Shown here: piece by piece, positions 21,201 to 31,318 of the stretch
How the letters are laid out: the number at the start of each line of letters is the position of its first letter
Numbering within the stretch: the first letter of the stretch is position 1
Origin: Histomonas meleagridis 2922-C6/04-290x
Lineage: Eukaryota > Protista > Parabasalia
DNA: 64,000 nucleotides
NCBI GenBank assembly: GCA_020184695.1
Contig: JAANOX010000220.1
Location: 1 to 64,000 of the forward strand
Reading direction: 5' to 3'
Notes under the pieces: model-generated
What the model was told of the DNA's origin: nothing
Databases searched by the model: none
The model's input: the letters and a program-made list of their open reading frames with translations, nothing else
Translations under genes and position numbers: made by a program

Positions 21201-22360
21201 ACATATTTAAGTTTATCTTCTTCACCTCCACATGGAAATGTGACTATGGTATGTGCTATACTTCCATGTCGTGACATCGTACGAGCTGTTTCATCACATA
21301 ACGAATTCATCGTTGCATCGTTTTGGATATCTGTGGATAAGCCAACAAGTTGTCGATAGAAATTGACGGCCCCAATTGCATTTGTAATGTCTTCTTCTAA
21401 ATGTGTATATATGGCACATTCTTCAACACTGGTGGTACCATCGTAATTGGTGACATCGGAGGTCAGTTTGTTCGTCATAGAATCGGTATAAAGTTTTTTG
21501 ATATCAGAAATTGAGCGACTTTGTAATCTGGGTACTCGAATGGTTTCTTGAACAGCTGGTGCAGTAGGCGCTGGTGTTGGCGTGGATGATGGAACTGGAT
21601 ATGGAGTCGGAATTTCTTCTTGGATTGTCTGAAGAAAATCAACTCGAGCTTGAACTCGCTTGGCAAGGTCTTCGGTACCTTCAATGGTGCTACTGGCGCC
21701 TTTGCTTTGCATGTAAATGGTTGCAGAGGGAATTGATGGACCCCAACGTGAACATTCTTCTGGATATTGTGAACAATCAAGTCGGCCAAAACCATAATCA
21801 ACTGTATCTGGGAATAGTTCTTCACTAGAAACACGAAGCCATTCTGCTATGAAATTATTATCTTCTTCACATGTGGAATCATAAGTGATAAAAATTGGAT
21901 ATTCGTGGTTCATATAAAATGAATCTGTTGATGAAGGAATGAGTTGTTCCATAGGTGCTGTATCTAATGGATAATAGCCTAAATTTTCTTTAATTCGTTG
22001 ACCAAATGCTGAAGCTGATTGTGAAAATTCTGCAGCATTTCCTTCATGAATAAGTTTTTCTCCCGTAGCAGAGAATAAAATATGTGATGGTGATCCTTTA
22101 ATTTCATATTGTGAGCAAACTTCTGCATTCGCTATACACATAATACTGATAAATTGAACATAAGGATAAATTGTGGCAGCTTCTTCCCAATTATCTTGTG
22201 AAGTTTTTGCATAAATGCAACCTTCATTTTGGAATCGAAAATAAACAGGTCTGCCTTTTCCGATATAATTAGAATAATTATCCTTCGTTACTGTCAATAG
22301 CGTTGATGCAGGCGTGCATTGTTCTCTTTGATAAGCAGTGCAAATCAACAGAAAGAGCAT
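18266..22360 (-). CDS. Large type-I membrane surface protein: thioredoxin-like N-terminus, CAP/SCP-like domain, long beta-rich stalk, TM, short tail
   Basis: Likely start MLFLLICTA at 22360. LLTVTKDNY...VYFRF (Trx-like fold, no CxxC); AIGAVNFYRQLVGL...LSHRRWLFYPYLKEVGIGF (CAP-like); TM GAIAGIVIAVIVVVAVGVGSVLYFAVF. Confidence 0.75.
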   Translation of the reverse strand: MLFLLICTAYQREQCTPASTLLTVTKDNYSNYIGKGRPVYFRFQNEGCIYAKTSQDNWEEAATIYPYVQFISIMCIANAEVCSQYEIKGSPSHILFSATGEKLIHEGNAAEFSQSASAFGQRIKENLGYYPLDTAPMEQLIPSSTDSFYMNHEYPIFITYDSTCEEDNNFIAEWLRVSSEELFPDTVDYGFGRLDCSQYPEECSRWGPSIPSATIYMQSKGASSTIEGTEDLAKRVQARVDFLQTIQEEIPTPYPVPSSTPTPAPTAPAVQETIRVPRLQSRSISDIKKLYTDSMTNKLTSDVTNYDGTTSVEECAIYTHLEEDITNAIGAVNFYRQLVGLSTDIQNDATMNSLCDETARTMSRHGSIAHTIVTFPCGGEEDKLKYVAANSLITMGFESSFEGIRNFISDQGDNNLGILSHRRWLFYPYLKEVGIGFYPTTKVDKGSYVLSYPPITILQYRKSDDQTISMTPYDENNFTSWPSAGPFPVNEIPESWSIYHPIFNEETTTVDQIIVHITRDDNSLLDYVSLNINKGNYGLPGILTIQLTQKSIDKCVVGHTINVQVYVIRNDRKVLFDYSFELFDLEQQEEICIYQTDSSKCTGTKYSATEFINYKTTNENTRAYVKIAEPITLTSELRLDYTNNIILQGNTITGNIIIGVGTTVDFFHPENSNITIEVTNNDENPYQFNSGKLLTNIQPKSLTINVLKVTSEPIQVRGIVYQGPIISSTFTHKYIKNGDYKYYFNTIFNEDQLKVTCVPIIQTAIFVVNGATTPYNMEKEFITLSYLSDLKEYTLKKDKLKVYVSTSNDEKNYIKAEYFPSGSYDCEIYTTGATIFYYSLSINFKFKSLKVEGVETIPSTYTYWNPTFFITDNIHSNSLTTYKFQSVYFGHFNYDSSKIIIPSPGLKGDETAFSKFQNSNSYKVFTESDYTSGTFIMTSQKIQTAPNPILRTKGTSSSYSFYMDDGLSSTIKLTIIEPEEGTETIPIKFLYDDEDTYDRNPILFNNYKEITLECNYLYYSLASFFNVTKVKIIPIPHKSLGLGVFDSFKIAGIDVTTSTCDISSDSNFSCSYNKINIYTESTLDAVNTKGLDVTIDEVENTMNGLIITKTLTLTGSNVTLNNCDVQSTTDVKITRNVYWPLIKIIDGTFVPKSFTYDLNIDSATLTSDDEGETHAIITGLSAENIETIMSSMQTTNSGNYKLIASKDKTTIYVTSKDTTIDSNIPESAPVEDEEITVNPIPQPPTTPTAQPEPEQSQHTSEVDKSVIEGDEDESHPEGSEVKSDVASEVKSDVASDVNSEGTNSGVDDGKEGSSLSDGAIAGIVIAVIVVVAVGVGSVLYFAVFKKNRKNFSSSESVDDAKIED
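18474..18527 (-). repeat. 24-bp coding tandem repeat (SEVKSDVA x2+)
   Basis: tcacttgcaacgtcacttttcac repeated. Confidence 0.8.
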
Positions 22361-23380
22361 TTTTGAAGTGAACGTTATGCATTCAATTATTTGTTTTCTG
22401 AGAAAAATTTGTGATAAATATTTATTTTTTATAAAAAGCTGTTCTAAAAGTAAATAAACTTTCGAATTCTTCGATGATTGCATACAAATATTTGATAACA
22501 AGTTTTGACAGAGGTTCCGGAACCGACCATTATTTCGATCAATTCGTTTTGAAAATTTGAATCGAAAAAACTTTTTCATATAAAATTATATTACATTATT
22601 GAATTTGCGTTCATTTTACGGTTTTTCGACGCTGGAACAACGAACAGCGTTAAAGATCAGATGAGAAAAAGTAACTTTTTGTGAGCTTTGTTTTATAAGC
22701 ATTCATCTGAGATTCTAGATCTATGCTCCCAAGTGAAACTTGGCTAAATATTATTTGTGAAACATATATAGATTTAAAACTTAATTTAACGATAAAATAT
22801 TTTATCTTCATATTCATTCTGTGCAATGGTATATAAATTTAGTTTCTATAATAATACTTGATGCGCATATTTTTACGAAATTATATTCAACAAATGGAAC
22901 AAAAAAACATCATTTTCATAAAAATTGGTATCATTTCCTTTATGTTTAATAAGTACTTGAAAAATTGTAGTATAGCCTTCTCTTGATGTTTCAAATATTT
23001 GAAATAATTTTCATATAATCTTTTAAAAAAATAATATTAGAATCCGAATCAAATAAAGAGGTTTGGCCTTGTGTTAATTGATCAATTTTCGATACTAGTC
23101 TTTTTTTATCGATTTGTTATAGATTCCCAACAAAAATTCAAATGCTATCCATAAATCACCTTAGGGCTTAAGCGTCATGCATCCTATACAAACGATGTGA
23201 ACCATTATTTTTCATCCATCTATCAAGCATTCGTAGATGTTAGATGACCAGAAATCACATAAAAAATTAATTTATCAGAAATAGGAAAATATCATTTTGG
23301 TGTTTAGTGTTTACCATTTTAATATGAATTATTAAAACCTAATATTATACTATGTTACTTTTCTTATTTATTTGATTAAA

Positions 23381-24784
23381 TCATTTAATTTCTTCGTACA
23401 TTGAATCATCAATTTCATCCAATGGGCGAATTCTTGGTTCGTTAGTTGGCATCTTGCAGTTCATCTTTGTGTATAAGAAGATGGCCAATACAGCTACAAT
23501 CACAAACACAATAATAACTGCTGCGATTACTCCAGCATTGCTTTTTTGTGGTTCTTGGCTTGTTTCCGAGGAAGAGCTTTCCTGTGTTGTTGTTTCACCT
23601 GTGACTTCACTGGTGACTTCACTTGTTACTTGTGAACTTGCTTCTTCTGCTGATGAGCTTACGACTGGTGCAGGTTCATCGTGAAGACATTCTTCATATG
23701 TTCCAACAATAACTTCAACTCCAGCGAAGGTTTGGGCGTCATAACTGTTAGTAACATATACATTTTCAACGTTTGTGCTGTAGAATATGTTATCACTATC
23801 AGTTGGATCAATATTTCCTGTAAAGTATACGCAGTATAACTCAGTGCAACTAGCAAAGGCTGATGCACCAATGGAAGTAACGCCTTTACCAATGCGTATG
23901 GTGGTGAGTGAGTAACATGATTGGAATGCAGATGTATCAATTGTTTGAACTGAATCTTTTACCTCAAAAGTCTCTAATGAAGTACACTGTGAGAATGAGG
24001 AATGACCAATAAAAGTTACATCGTTACCATATGTGATTGTTTCAAGTGATCCGCATTGGAAGAATAAATAATCTGAAATAGATGTAATACCAGTACCAAT
24101 TTCAACAGTGTTAAGGCTATCACAACCACAGAAGGTGTAAGTTCCAATGGATTCGATGGTGCTTGGAATTACAACTGATGTAATACCAATGCATTTTTGG
24201 AAAACGTTCGAACCAATTTTACGAACAGAGTTGGAAAAGGAAATTGTCTTGAGACGTGCGCAGTTGCAAAAAGCATAATTGCCAATTGAAGTGACATTAT
24301 TTCCAAAAGAGATTGAATCTAATGATTGACATTCTTCAAATGCACGTTCGCCAATTATCTCGAGTGCTTCTGGTAATTCAATGTGATTTAATTGATTACA
24401 ATTATAAAAAGCATAATCATTTATGGTTGTAATTTTTGCACCGAATTCAAAAGTTTTTAATCCTGTGCAACCAAAGAAAAGCCGGCTTTGAATGGTGTCA
24501 ATGGTATCTGGAAGTGTTACTTCTTCTAACAAAAGACATTTTTGGAATGCATTAGTACCAATTAAAGCTACACCATCTTCAATAAAAACAGTTTTTAGTT
24601 TGCTGAACTCACTGAATGCATTTGATGAAATTTGCAAAACGCCATCTGATATTTGTAAATCTTCAATTGTATCCTTGAAATCTTTAACATCATCTGGTAA
24701 AATAGTATCCTCATTTATTACCATCAGCGAGGTGCCTGTTAATATATAATCACAAAAGCAGCGCCCGATGAAGAAAAGAAGCAT
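23381..24784 (-). CDS. BspA-like (TpLRR) surface protein with TM domain
   Basis: Repeats of I.....F..C..L..I.lP..v..Ig; signal MLLFFIG; Ser/Thr stalk; TM GVIAAVIIVFVIVAVLAIFLY. Confidence 0.92.
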   Translation of the reverse strand: MLLFFIGRCFCDYILTGTSLMVINEDTILPDDVKDFKDTIEDLQISDGVLQISSNAFSEFSKLKTVFIEDGVALIGTNAFQKCLLLEEVTLPDTIDTIQSRLFFGCTGLKTFEFGAKITTINDYAFYNCNQLNHIELPEALEIIGERAFEECQSLDSISFGNNVTSIGNYAFCNCARLKTISFSNSVRKIGSNVFQKCIGITSVVIPSTIESIGTYTFCGCDSLNTVEIGTGITSISDYLFFQCGSLETITYGNDVTFIGHSSFSQCTSLETFEVKDSVQTIDTSAFQSCYSLTTIRIGKGVTSIGASAFASCTELYCVYFTGNIDPTDSDNIFYSTNVENVYVTNSYDAQTFAGVEVIVGTYEECLHDEPAPVVSSSAEEASSQVTSEVTSEVTGETTTQESSSSETSQEPQKSNAGVIAAVIIVFVIVAVLAIFLYTKMNCKMPTNEPRIRPLDEIDDSMYEEIK

Positions 24785-24960
24785 TTAAAACTTTTTTAAT
24801 AAAATAGAAACGATAACACACAAAAACGACGGTTATCAACTGACGTTCTTTGTACGACACAAAAATTTGTGTGAAAAGTGATCATCATCAATTTTGATAA
24901 TTTTTATTTATGTCAATTATTTGACTAAAAATATGATATGCCGAAACCGTTATTGTTTCG

Positions 24961-25926
24961 ATGGATATCGATCTTCTCCCAGACCCACGTGATTATGAAA
25001 TATATTTTGCTCAAAGTCTTTCTAAGTCATCCGCAAAAGATGTGGAAGAAATTAGTCAAATTTCAGGTGCATTTGACAGAATTGCTGTATCTGTCGAATT
25101 AAATAACTTCGACCCAACAGAATTTATACCACTTTATCCTCAATGGTATCATATATTAACAAGGTTTTCTTTGTTGTTTTATGGACTTGGGTCTAAAATA
25201 GAATTAATGCATCATTTTGCAACAAATTTCCTTAATAAGTTTGGATTTGTTGTTGAAATTGATGGGTTCAGTGATCAGCCAAGGCTTTTACAATCAGCAT
25301 TAAATTCTTTATGCGATTTTGCTCAAATTGGTTCTCATTCATTTAATGATCTTGAAGAATTTTTAAGAACAAACAACACCACTGCAACACTCATTATACA
25401 TTCACTTGATTCATCAATTCTTTCTGAAGTTTCAGATCCAAAATCATTTTTACCTGATGCAGCAAACTCGGAATACTTCCATATTATTGCAACAATCGAC
25501 AGAGTTCCTCTTCTCTCTTTATCTCTAATGTCAGACCTCAGATTTTATCCTATACAGGTTAAAACAGAGCGTCCTTATGTACAAGAAATCGGATTTTCCA
25601 AGTCACAAAAAACCGCCGCATCAAATGATTCAATTGAACGATACGTCGGTGTTCTTAAAACGCTTACGAATGTTGCAAATGGTATTTTCAAAGTTTTATT
25701 AAAGCATCAAATAAAAACAGGAGAAGGATTAACGCAGAATGAATGGTGCGAAAAAGCAACATCAGAACTTTGTGTAAAACTTCACACTGCATTCAAGATG
25801 CAAATTAACGAGTTTTTGGATCACAGACTTATCACTGATAAAAAAGGAAGTGAGTTCTTCACTATACCATTAAATAATGTTCAACTTCAAAATTTGTTAT
25901 CAAAATTAGAAGAAGAATCATCTTAA
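24961..25926 (+). CDS. ORC2: Origin recognition complex subunit 2
   Basis: QWYHILTRFSLLFYGLGSKIELM, LIIHSLD, IIATIDR, EFLDHRLI are ORC2-family motifs. Confidence 0.8.
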   Translation: MDIDLLPDPRDYEIYFAQSLSKSSAKDVEEISQISGAFDRIAVSVELNNFDPTEFIPLYPQWYHILTRFSLLFYGLGSKIELMHHFATNFLNKFGFVVEIDGFSDQPRLLQSALNSLCDFAQIGSHSFNDLEEFLRTNNTTATLIIHSLDSSILSEVSDPKSFLPDAANSEYFHIIATIDRVPLLSLSLMSDLRFYPIQVKTERPYVQEIGFSKSQKTAASNDSIERYVGVLKTLTNVANGIFKVLLKHQIKTGEGLTQNEWCEKATSELCVKLHTAFKMQINEFLDHRLITDKKGSEFFTIPLNNVQLQNLLSKLEEESS

Positions 25927-26104
25927 AAATCTCATTTGTTAAATAAAGAATATTTAATTAATAATTTTTTTTCTTCATAAATTATTTAAACACATTTTAT
26001 TTGCAAAGAGGAAATAAAAAACATTTTACTTCTCTTTCAAAAGCGCTTTTTAATATTTGAATCAAAATTCGGCCAGTAAAAAATGGGGTGTCCCAATTTC
26101 CAAA

Positions 26105-27388
26105 ATGCAAAAATATGGGTTTTATACACCAAAAAGACATCCAAATTTTATCATATCTGATTTAATAGCATCTGCTCAATATTTTAATATTCCTTTGGAA
26201 TTTGAAAATCCTGATTTCCAAATAGGGAAAAATCCTGAACGCAATTTTATTACATGCTTTTTACCATCAGATGAAGATGCAAGAAAAATTGCTCAGAGAT
26301 CAACAGTCGTCGAACATGTTTCTAGGCTTATGGCTGAGGCTGAAACTCTTGATGAATTATTAGAAATGGCATCAAATGTAAATCATGATATTAACAAAGG
26401 CACATTTTCATTCCGTGTAATTACTCATGGTAGAAAGATAACAAATGAAATGAGAAGAGACTATATAACAAAAGCAGCCAAATCTTTAAAAATAACATCA
26501 AAAGCAAATCTCAAAAACCCGGACACAACTATTCTCTTAATTCTTGACTTTGAAGAATGCGGCGAACTCAACCCTATACGTCTCTACCTCTCACTTTTTA
26601 TAAGTGATGGTAATTCCAAGTTTCCAGATAAATTTACACTTAAAACCCGTAAATTTATCAACAAAACATCAATGGAATCTGCTGTGGCTTTATATTCTGC
26701 ATCGCAAGGCTTATGCGGTCCAGGAACATTTGCATTTGACCCTTTCTGTGGATCAGGTTCTCTTTTAGTTGCATGCGCATCTTTAGGTTCATATGTTTTA
26801 GGTGCTGACTTTGACATGCCTTCAATGTCACAGTCATCCACTTCTTCTGTCTATGCTAACTTCCAACAGTACGGATTAACTGAGCGATTCCTTGGCATCG
26901 CAAAGTGCGACTTTTTGAGCGGAGTTTACGGCTTCGAGGGGCGCCCTGTTTTGGATGCGATTGTAACTGATCCACCATATGGGATTAGAGAGAAATGTAT
27001 TGCTGATGGAACGTCACCACTTTTACCTCTTTTGTTAAAATTGTATGAATTTGCAGCAAAGGCATTGAAAGTTGGAGGAAGATTAGTTTTTTGGTTACCA
27101 TGTGCATATAATTTAGATACAGAAAAAGACTTACCAAAGCATCCTGCGTTAAAACTGATATCAAATTGTCAACAATCGTTAATGAGTAGATATTGTCGAC
27201 ATTTATTGACTTATCAAAAGATTGCTGAAATTGATGCAAAAGTAGAATTTAATGCTTATAATGCGTCGTTCTTACATGTGAGGGATCTTGTTTTCCAAAA
27301 GGCAGAAGGAAACAGAGGCAATAACAGAAAAGAGAAAAGAAAGTTTGCAAGGGAACTTAAAAAGAAGCTAAGTGAAAGGAAAGATTAA
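26105..27388 (+). CDS. TRM11: tRNA m2G10 methyltransferase Trm11-like
   Basis: FDPFCGSGSLLV, GADFD, DAIVTDPPYGIREK, LKVGGRLVFWLP; first ATG at 26105. Confidence 0.85.
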   Translation: MQKYGFYTPKRHPNFIISDLIASAQYFNIPLEFENPDFQIGKNPERNFITCFLPSDEDARKIAQRSTVVEHVSRLMAEAETLDELLEMASNVNHDINKGTFSFRVITHGRKITNEMRRDYITKAAKSLKITSKANLKNPDTTILLILDFEECGELNPIRLYLSLFISDGNSKFPDKFTLKTRKFINKTSMESAVALYSASQGLCGPGTFAFDPFCGSGSLLVACASLGSYVLGADFDMPSMSQSSTSSVYANFQQYGLTERFLGIAKCDFLSGVYGFEGRPVLDAIVTDPPYGIREKCIADGTSPLLPLLLKLYEFAAKALKVGGRLVFWLPCAYNLDTEKDLPKHPALKLISNCQQSLMSRYCRHLLTYQKIAEIDAKVEFNAYNASFLHVRDLVFQKAEGNRGNNRKEKRKFARELKKKLSERKD

Positions 27389-27619
27389 TAACAAATACTA
27401 AATTATTAGTAAAAATATTTCTTTGTTAAATTTTTTTCATTGCTTTTCTTCATGAAGCAGCAAATCCAATTCATTTTAAATGTAATTTTTTGCATTTGTG
27501 ATGATTTCAAAATTGAATAAATAGCACGTTTATTTCACACTAAACAAAAATACCCTTTCTATCGGAATTTGACGCCGATAATATCGTAAACGTTTTTCAA
27601 AGAGGATCCTATAGCATAA

Positions 27620-30600
27620 ATGCAAAATCCTTCTGTGATTTTGCTTGACCTTGAAAGTTCTGGAATTTGTATGATTGTTACTCCATTCAAAAGTTCAGCT
27701 ACTTATATTGTATGGCTAGATCAAATTTATGGAACACCAATTAATTATGGATATCCTGAATATGATACATTTACTGATAAAGAGTCTGCTATGGATTGGG
27801 TTTCATCTCAATTTAAAATCAAAAGACAAGATGATGCCTTATATTTAATTGGAATTGTGCTTTTTGGAGCAGAATGCATAATTTCATTAGTAACTCAAGT
27901 AAAAGAAGTTGGGGTTATTTTAGGGGAACATCCAGTTTACCAAATTACAAAAGTTCAACATTATAAATATCATCTATTTTACAGAAAAACCCAAAGAGAT
28001 CTAATGCTTCAAGAAGACATTTCTAACTTTGTTTCATTTCCTATTCAAGACAATCATTTTTTCTGTCCAACATTTGATATCACTGGAATTTTTGGTCAAC
28101 CCTCAGATATTTCCATGGTTTGGAACCGAAATCATTCAAAGGGATTTGCACTTCGTAACATACCTGCGTGTATTCAATTACTTCAAGGGAGTTTTGATTC
28201 TTTTGAACTTAATTCCGATCAACATTTATTTATCATAACAAAACGTAGATGTTCATTTGCAGCAAATTTGTCTGGTATCCAAGATGAAGGTTCTATTGGA
28301 AATGAATCTGAAGTTGATATAATTTTAGAAACAAAGCATAACGGTCACTTCAAAACGGTTTCTCATTCAATTTTGCGTTCAACGACGCCGATAACAACGC
28401 ACGAAGAAAAAAGTGTCGTATTTTTTAAACGTATCACAGACAAATTCAATGTTTCCAATGTTTTACTTATCGATTTAAGTCATGTAGATGAACATCATCC
28501 TGAATCTAAAATATCTAAGTCATTAGAAAAACTAATTCATTATGTTTCACAAGGCTTTAATGTTGATTTACAAATGTTTGATTGGGATCAATTTTTTTCA
28601 AAAGATATTAAAATGGCTTTTGAAGTCTTCAAGAATTCGATTGACACAGAATTAGAAAATTTTGGGTTTACTGACATAATATGGAAAGAAAATGGAACAA
28701 AAACAATTCTTAATCATCAACGAGGCGTTTTTCTCTTTTCATGTCCAACTGGAATCGATCGAAGCAACTCCGCTTCTTTTTATTTCACCATTATTTGTGT
28801 TTTAAAGATGTTTTCAAATCTGAATATTAAATTAGCAGAAACAAAAAGCTTAAATACTTTTATTGGAAACTCTTTTCTGATTAGTAGTAATATAATTTCA
28901 AACTGTTGCTTTGGTACACCATCAATTCAAATGAATGATATTCGACGATTTTTTTCAAAGTCATTAATATCTCAAAATGATATTATTAACATAATCAATC
29001 AACGAAATGATTCTTTTCTTATGGGAAAAATTCGGCGGATAATGAAATTATTTTGTAACTTTACAAATGATCATTTAAAAGAAAATGTATCAAATTGTAT
29101 TTCATTGTTTCCTTATGCTTTTGTTATCGATCCACCACATTTCGATCGAACAATTTTTAGTTTTAGAGAAACTTCATCACTGTTGAACGTTAACGTCGAT
29201 GAAGTCACATTATGCATGTCAAAACCGTCGCACATAACCGAAATCATATTTAAACGGTTTCAGTTTGAATCCAAAAATTCGTATCCTTCATCAGTCTCTA
29301 TTTATGGAGGCATGTATTTAAACCGAATGTTTCCGATTGCAGAAGACTTATCATTACCACAGACGAATGATTCATCTGAAATAATCAAATACACGATATT
29401 AAAACCTAAGACATATATATATAATCCTGAAATTAACTTAAATGATTATGAACCCATTCGATATTTACGCTTTTATTTTAAGTCTAGATCTGAAATAGTA
29501 TCAATCCAAAACATATTTGTATATGGAATTCCAGCTAAACCTGAAAAACTTGTCTTACCAAAACAATTCCATATTAAAGAAAACGCAAATATTACATTTA
29601 ATGAAGAACTCGATTTTGAAAACATAATGAATTGGGAAGAAAAGAGATTATCATTACTAATGCCAATTAAGAAATTCTATGACATAATGATCAATCGATC
29701 ATTAAATCCTTATCAAGCGTCAGTTAGTTATTTATGTGAATTTAATTATCCGCCATTAACTAATCGACAAAAATGTTTTAATTGCGAGAAATTGAATGCG
29801 ACTTTTAGATGTTCAATGTGTGGACATACGTATTGTACCAAATGTAGTAATCCAAACGAAATTAAAGAGATATTTAATGAGTCGATTATCCAAGCGACGT
29901 TTTGTGATCGATGTTCTATCAATCGGAAAGTGATACAAAAACAAGAAAATTCATTCGATAACTTAAAAAAGAGAATGACTATGAAGTTATATCCTTTCAT
30001 AGGGAAATCAAGTTCAATTTTAGGATCAAATTCAAACTATAAATTCCTTTATGAGCCGCCAATTGGTAAAGACAATGTTTTAGCAGAAGTAATTTTGGAC
30101 CCAAAAAATGAAATAGAATGGAATCCATTCGAAACATTAATCCCTTTATCAATCGCTATTAACCAAAAATCAGAAATTAATTTCATTTCGATTAGAACAA
30201 AATCCCAAATATTTATCGAAATTGATGATGTTAAACCTTCTTTTTTAAGGTTTTATCCTCCTTATTCAACTTTACCAATTAAATTCGTGGGTGAAATTAT
30301 GAACTTAAGAATATTCGGTGATAATATTTCAATTACAAATTTGGCTTTAATAGGAAATCCAATTAAAATCGAAATGCCAAAGTTTTCACCTTTCATAAAG
30401 AAAAACGAATTCGGTATAAAGTATTTAAATTGCGGCACTTTTTATACCGCTGAAATGCATAAGTTAACGGCTACTTATAATTCAGAAGCAAAAACTATCG
30501 GCCTGAATTTCAATAAGATCGATGAGTTTGATGCGTTCGAATTCGAATTCTCTAATTCAGGACAAAAATCAAATATATATTATAAGGTAACTTCTTGTGA

Positions 30601-30769
30601 TGCACCAACAAATTTGTTCTTTGATGATGGTTGGTATATTTCTTCATTTACAGTTTGGTTTATGGGCGCATCTTCAAATTTTGAATGCCCCTATATAAGG
30701 CCAATTGTTATGGAAGAACTGTCAGATGAAGAAAAGGTTCAGGCGTTGTCGCCAAAAAAATCATTTTAA
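27620..30769 (+). CDS. SAC-domain phosphoinositide phosphatase-like protein (SAC9-like) with Cys-rich zinc finger
   Basis: SAC-type N-terminus (HPVYQITK, IGNESEVDII), CX5R motif CPTGIDR, CFNC..CSMCGHTYCTKC..CDRC. Confidence 0.6.
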   Translation: MQNPSVILLDLESSGICMIVTPFKSSATYIVWLDQIYGTPINYGYPEYDTFTDKESAMDWVSSQFKIKRQDDALYLIGIVLFGAECIISLVTQVKEVGVILGEHPVYQITKVQHYKYHLFYRKTQRDLMLQEDISNFVSFPIQDNHFFCPTFDITGIFGQPSDISMVWNRNHSKGFALRNIPACIQLLQGSFDSFELNSDQHLFIITKRRCSFAANLSGIQDEGSIGNESEVDIILETKHNGHFKTVSHSILRSTTPITTHEEKSVVFFKRITDKFNVSNVLLIDLSHVDEHHPESKISKSLEKLIHYVSQGFNVDLQMFDWDQFFSKDIKMAFEVFKNSIDTELENFGFTDIIWKENGTKTILNHQRGVFLFSCPTGIDRSNSASFYFTIICVLKMFSNLNIKLAETKSLNTFIGNSFLISSNIISNCCFGTPSIQMNDIRRFFSKSLISQNDIINIINQRNDSFLMGKIRRIMKLFCNFTNDHLKENVSNCISLFPYAFVIDPPHFDRTIFSFRETSSLLNVNVDEVTLCMSKPSHITEIIFKRFQFESKNSYPSSVSIYGGMYLNRMFPIAEDLSLPQTNDSSEIIKYTILKPKTYIYNPEINLNDYEPIRYLRFYFKSRSEIVSIQNIFVYGIPAKPEKLVLPKQFHIKENANITFNEELDFENIMNWEEKRLSLLMPIKKFYDIMINRSLNPYQASVSYLCEFNYPPLTNRQKCFNCEKLNATFRCSMCGHTYCTKCSNPNEIKEIFNESIIQATFCDRCSINRKVIQKQENSFDNLKKRMTMKLYPFIGKSSSILGSNSNYKFLYEPPIGKDNVLAEVILDPKNEIEWNPFETLIPLSIAINQKSEINFISIRTKSQIFIEIDDVKPSFLRFYPPYSTLPIKFVGEIMNLRIFGDNISITNLALIGNPIKIEMPKFSPFIKKNEFGIKYLNCGTFYTAEMHKLTATYNSEAKTIGLNFNKIDEFDAFEFEFSNSGQKSNIYYKVTSCDAPTNLFFDDGWYISSFTVWFMGASSNFECPYIRPIVMEELSDEEKVQALSPKKSF

Positions 30770-30863
30770 TGTAAAATAGTTATTATTATTATTATTAAAT
30801 TTATTGATATTTTGTTTTATCTTTAAAACCAAAAAAAACTTTAATGAAAAATGTGTGCGTTAA

Positions 30864-31274
30864 TCACAGTTGACCTTCTTCTTCGAAAAATTTCTTATAT
30901 TTTTCGGTAAGTTGAGCTTGAACATCTGGATCAAGATTTGGTGACTTAAGCCACTTAGCTGGAATGGTGCGAGGAATGATATGCATATGGACATGTGGAA
31001 CAGTTTGACCTGCAATTGGACCATTTTGAATAGTTATAGATAATTCAGGAACACCTAAATGTTTCTTCATAATATGACCTGAAATGTTTGCAAGGTTTGT
31101 TAAATCTATCTTTTCTTCTTGTGTCAATTCTTCAAAAAATTGTACTGAACGAAGTGGCGAAACCAAAATATGACCATCAATAGCTGGTCTTAAATCCGTA
31201 AAAACATAAGAAAGCTTTGTTTTTTTGATGATATGATTTTCTGGAATAGTAAATGGACCAAATTTCTCACTCAT
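30864..31274 (-). CDS. HIT-family hydrolase (Fhit-like Ap3A hydrolase)
   Basis: FGPFTIP, GHILVSPLR, IQNGPIAGQTVPHVHMHIIPR (HxHxH triad). Confidence 0.9.
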   Translation of the reverse strand: MSEKFGPFTIPENHIIKKTKLSYVFTDLRPAIDGHILVSPLRSVQFFEELTQEEKIDLTNLANISGHIMKKHLGVPELSITIQNGPIAGQTVPHVHMHIIPRTIPAKWLKSPNLDPDVQAQLTEKYKKFFEEEGQL

Positions 31275-31318
31275 TTATGATGTCACTTTTTATATAATAA
31301 ACGTTCTCCCACTTTATC

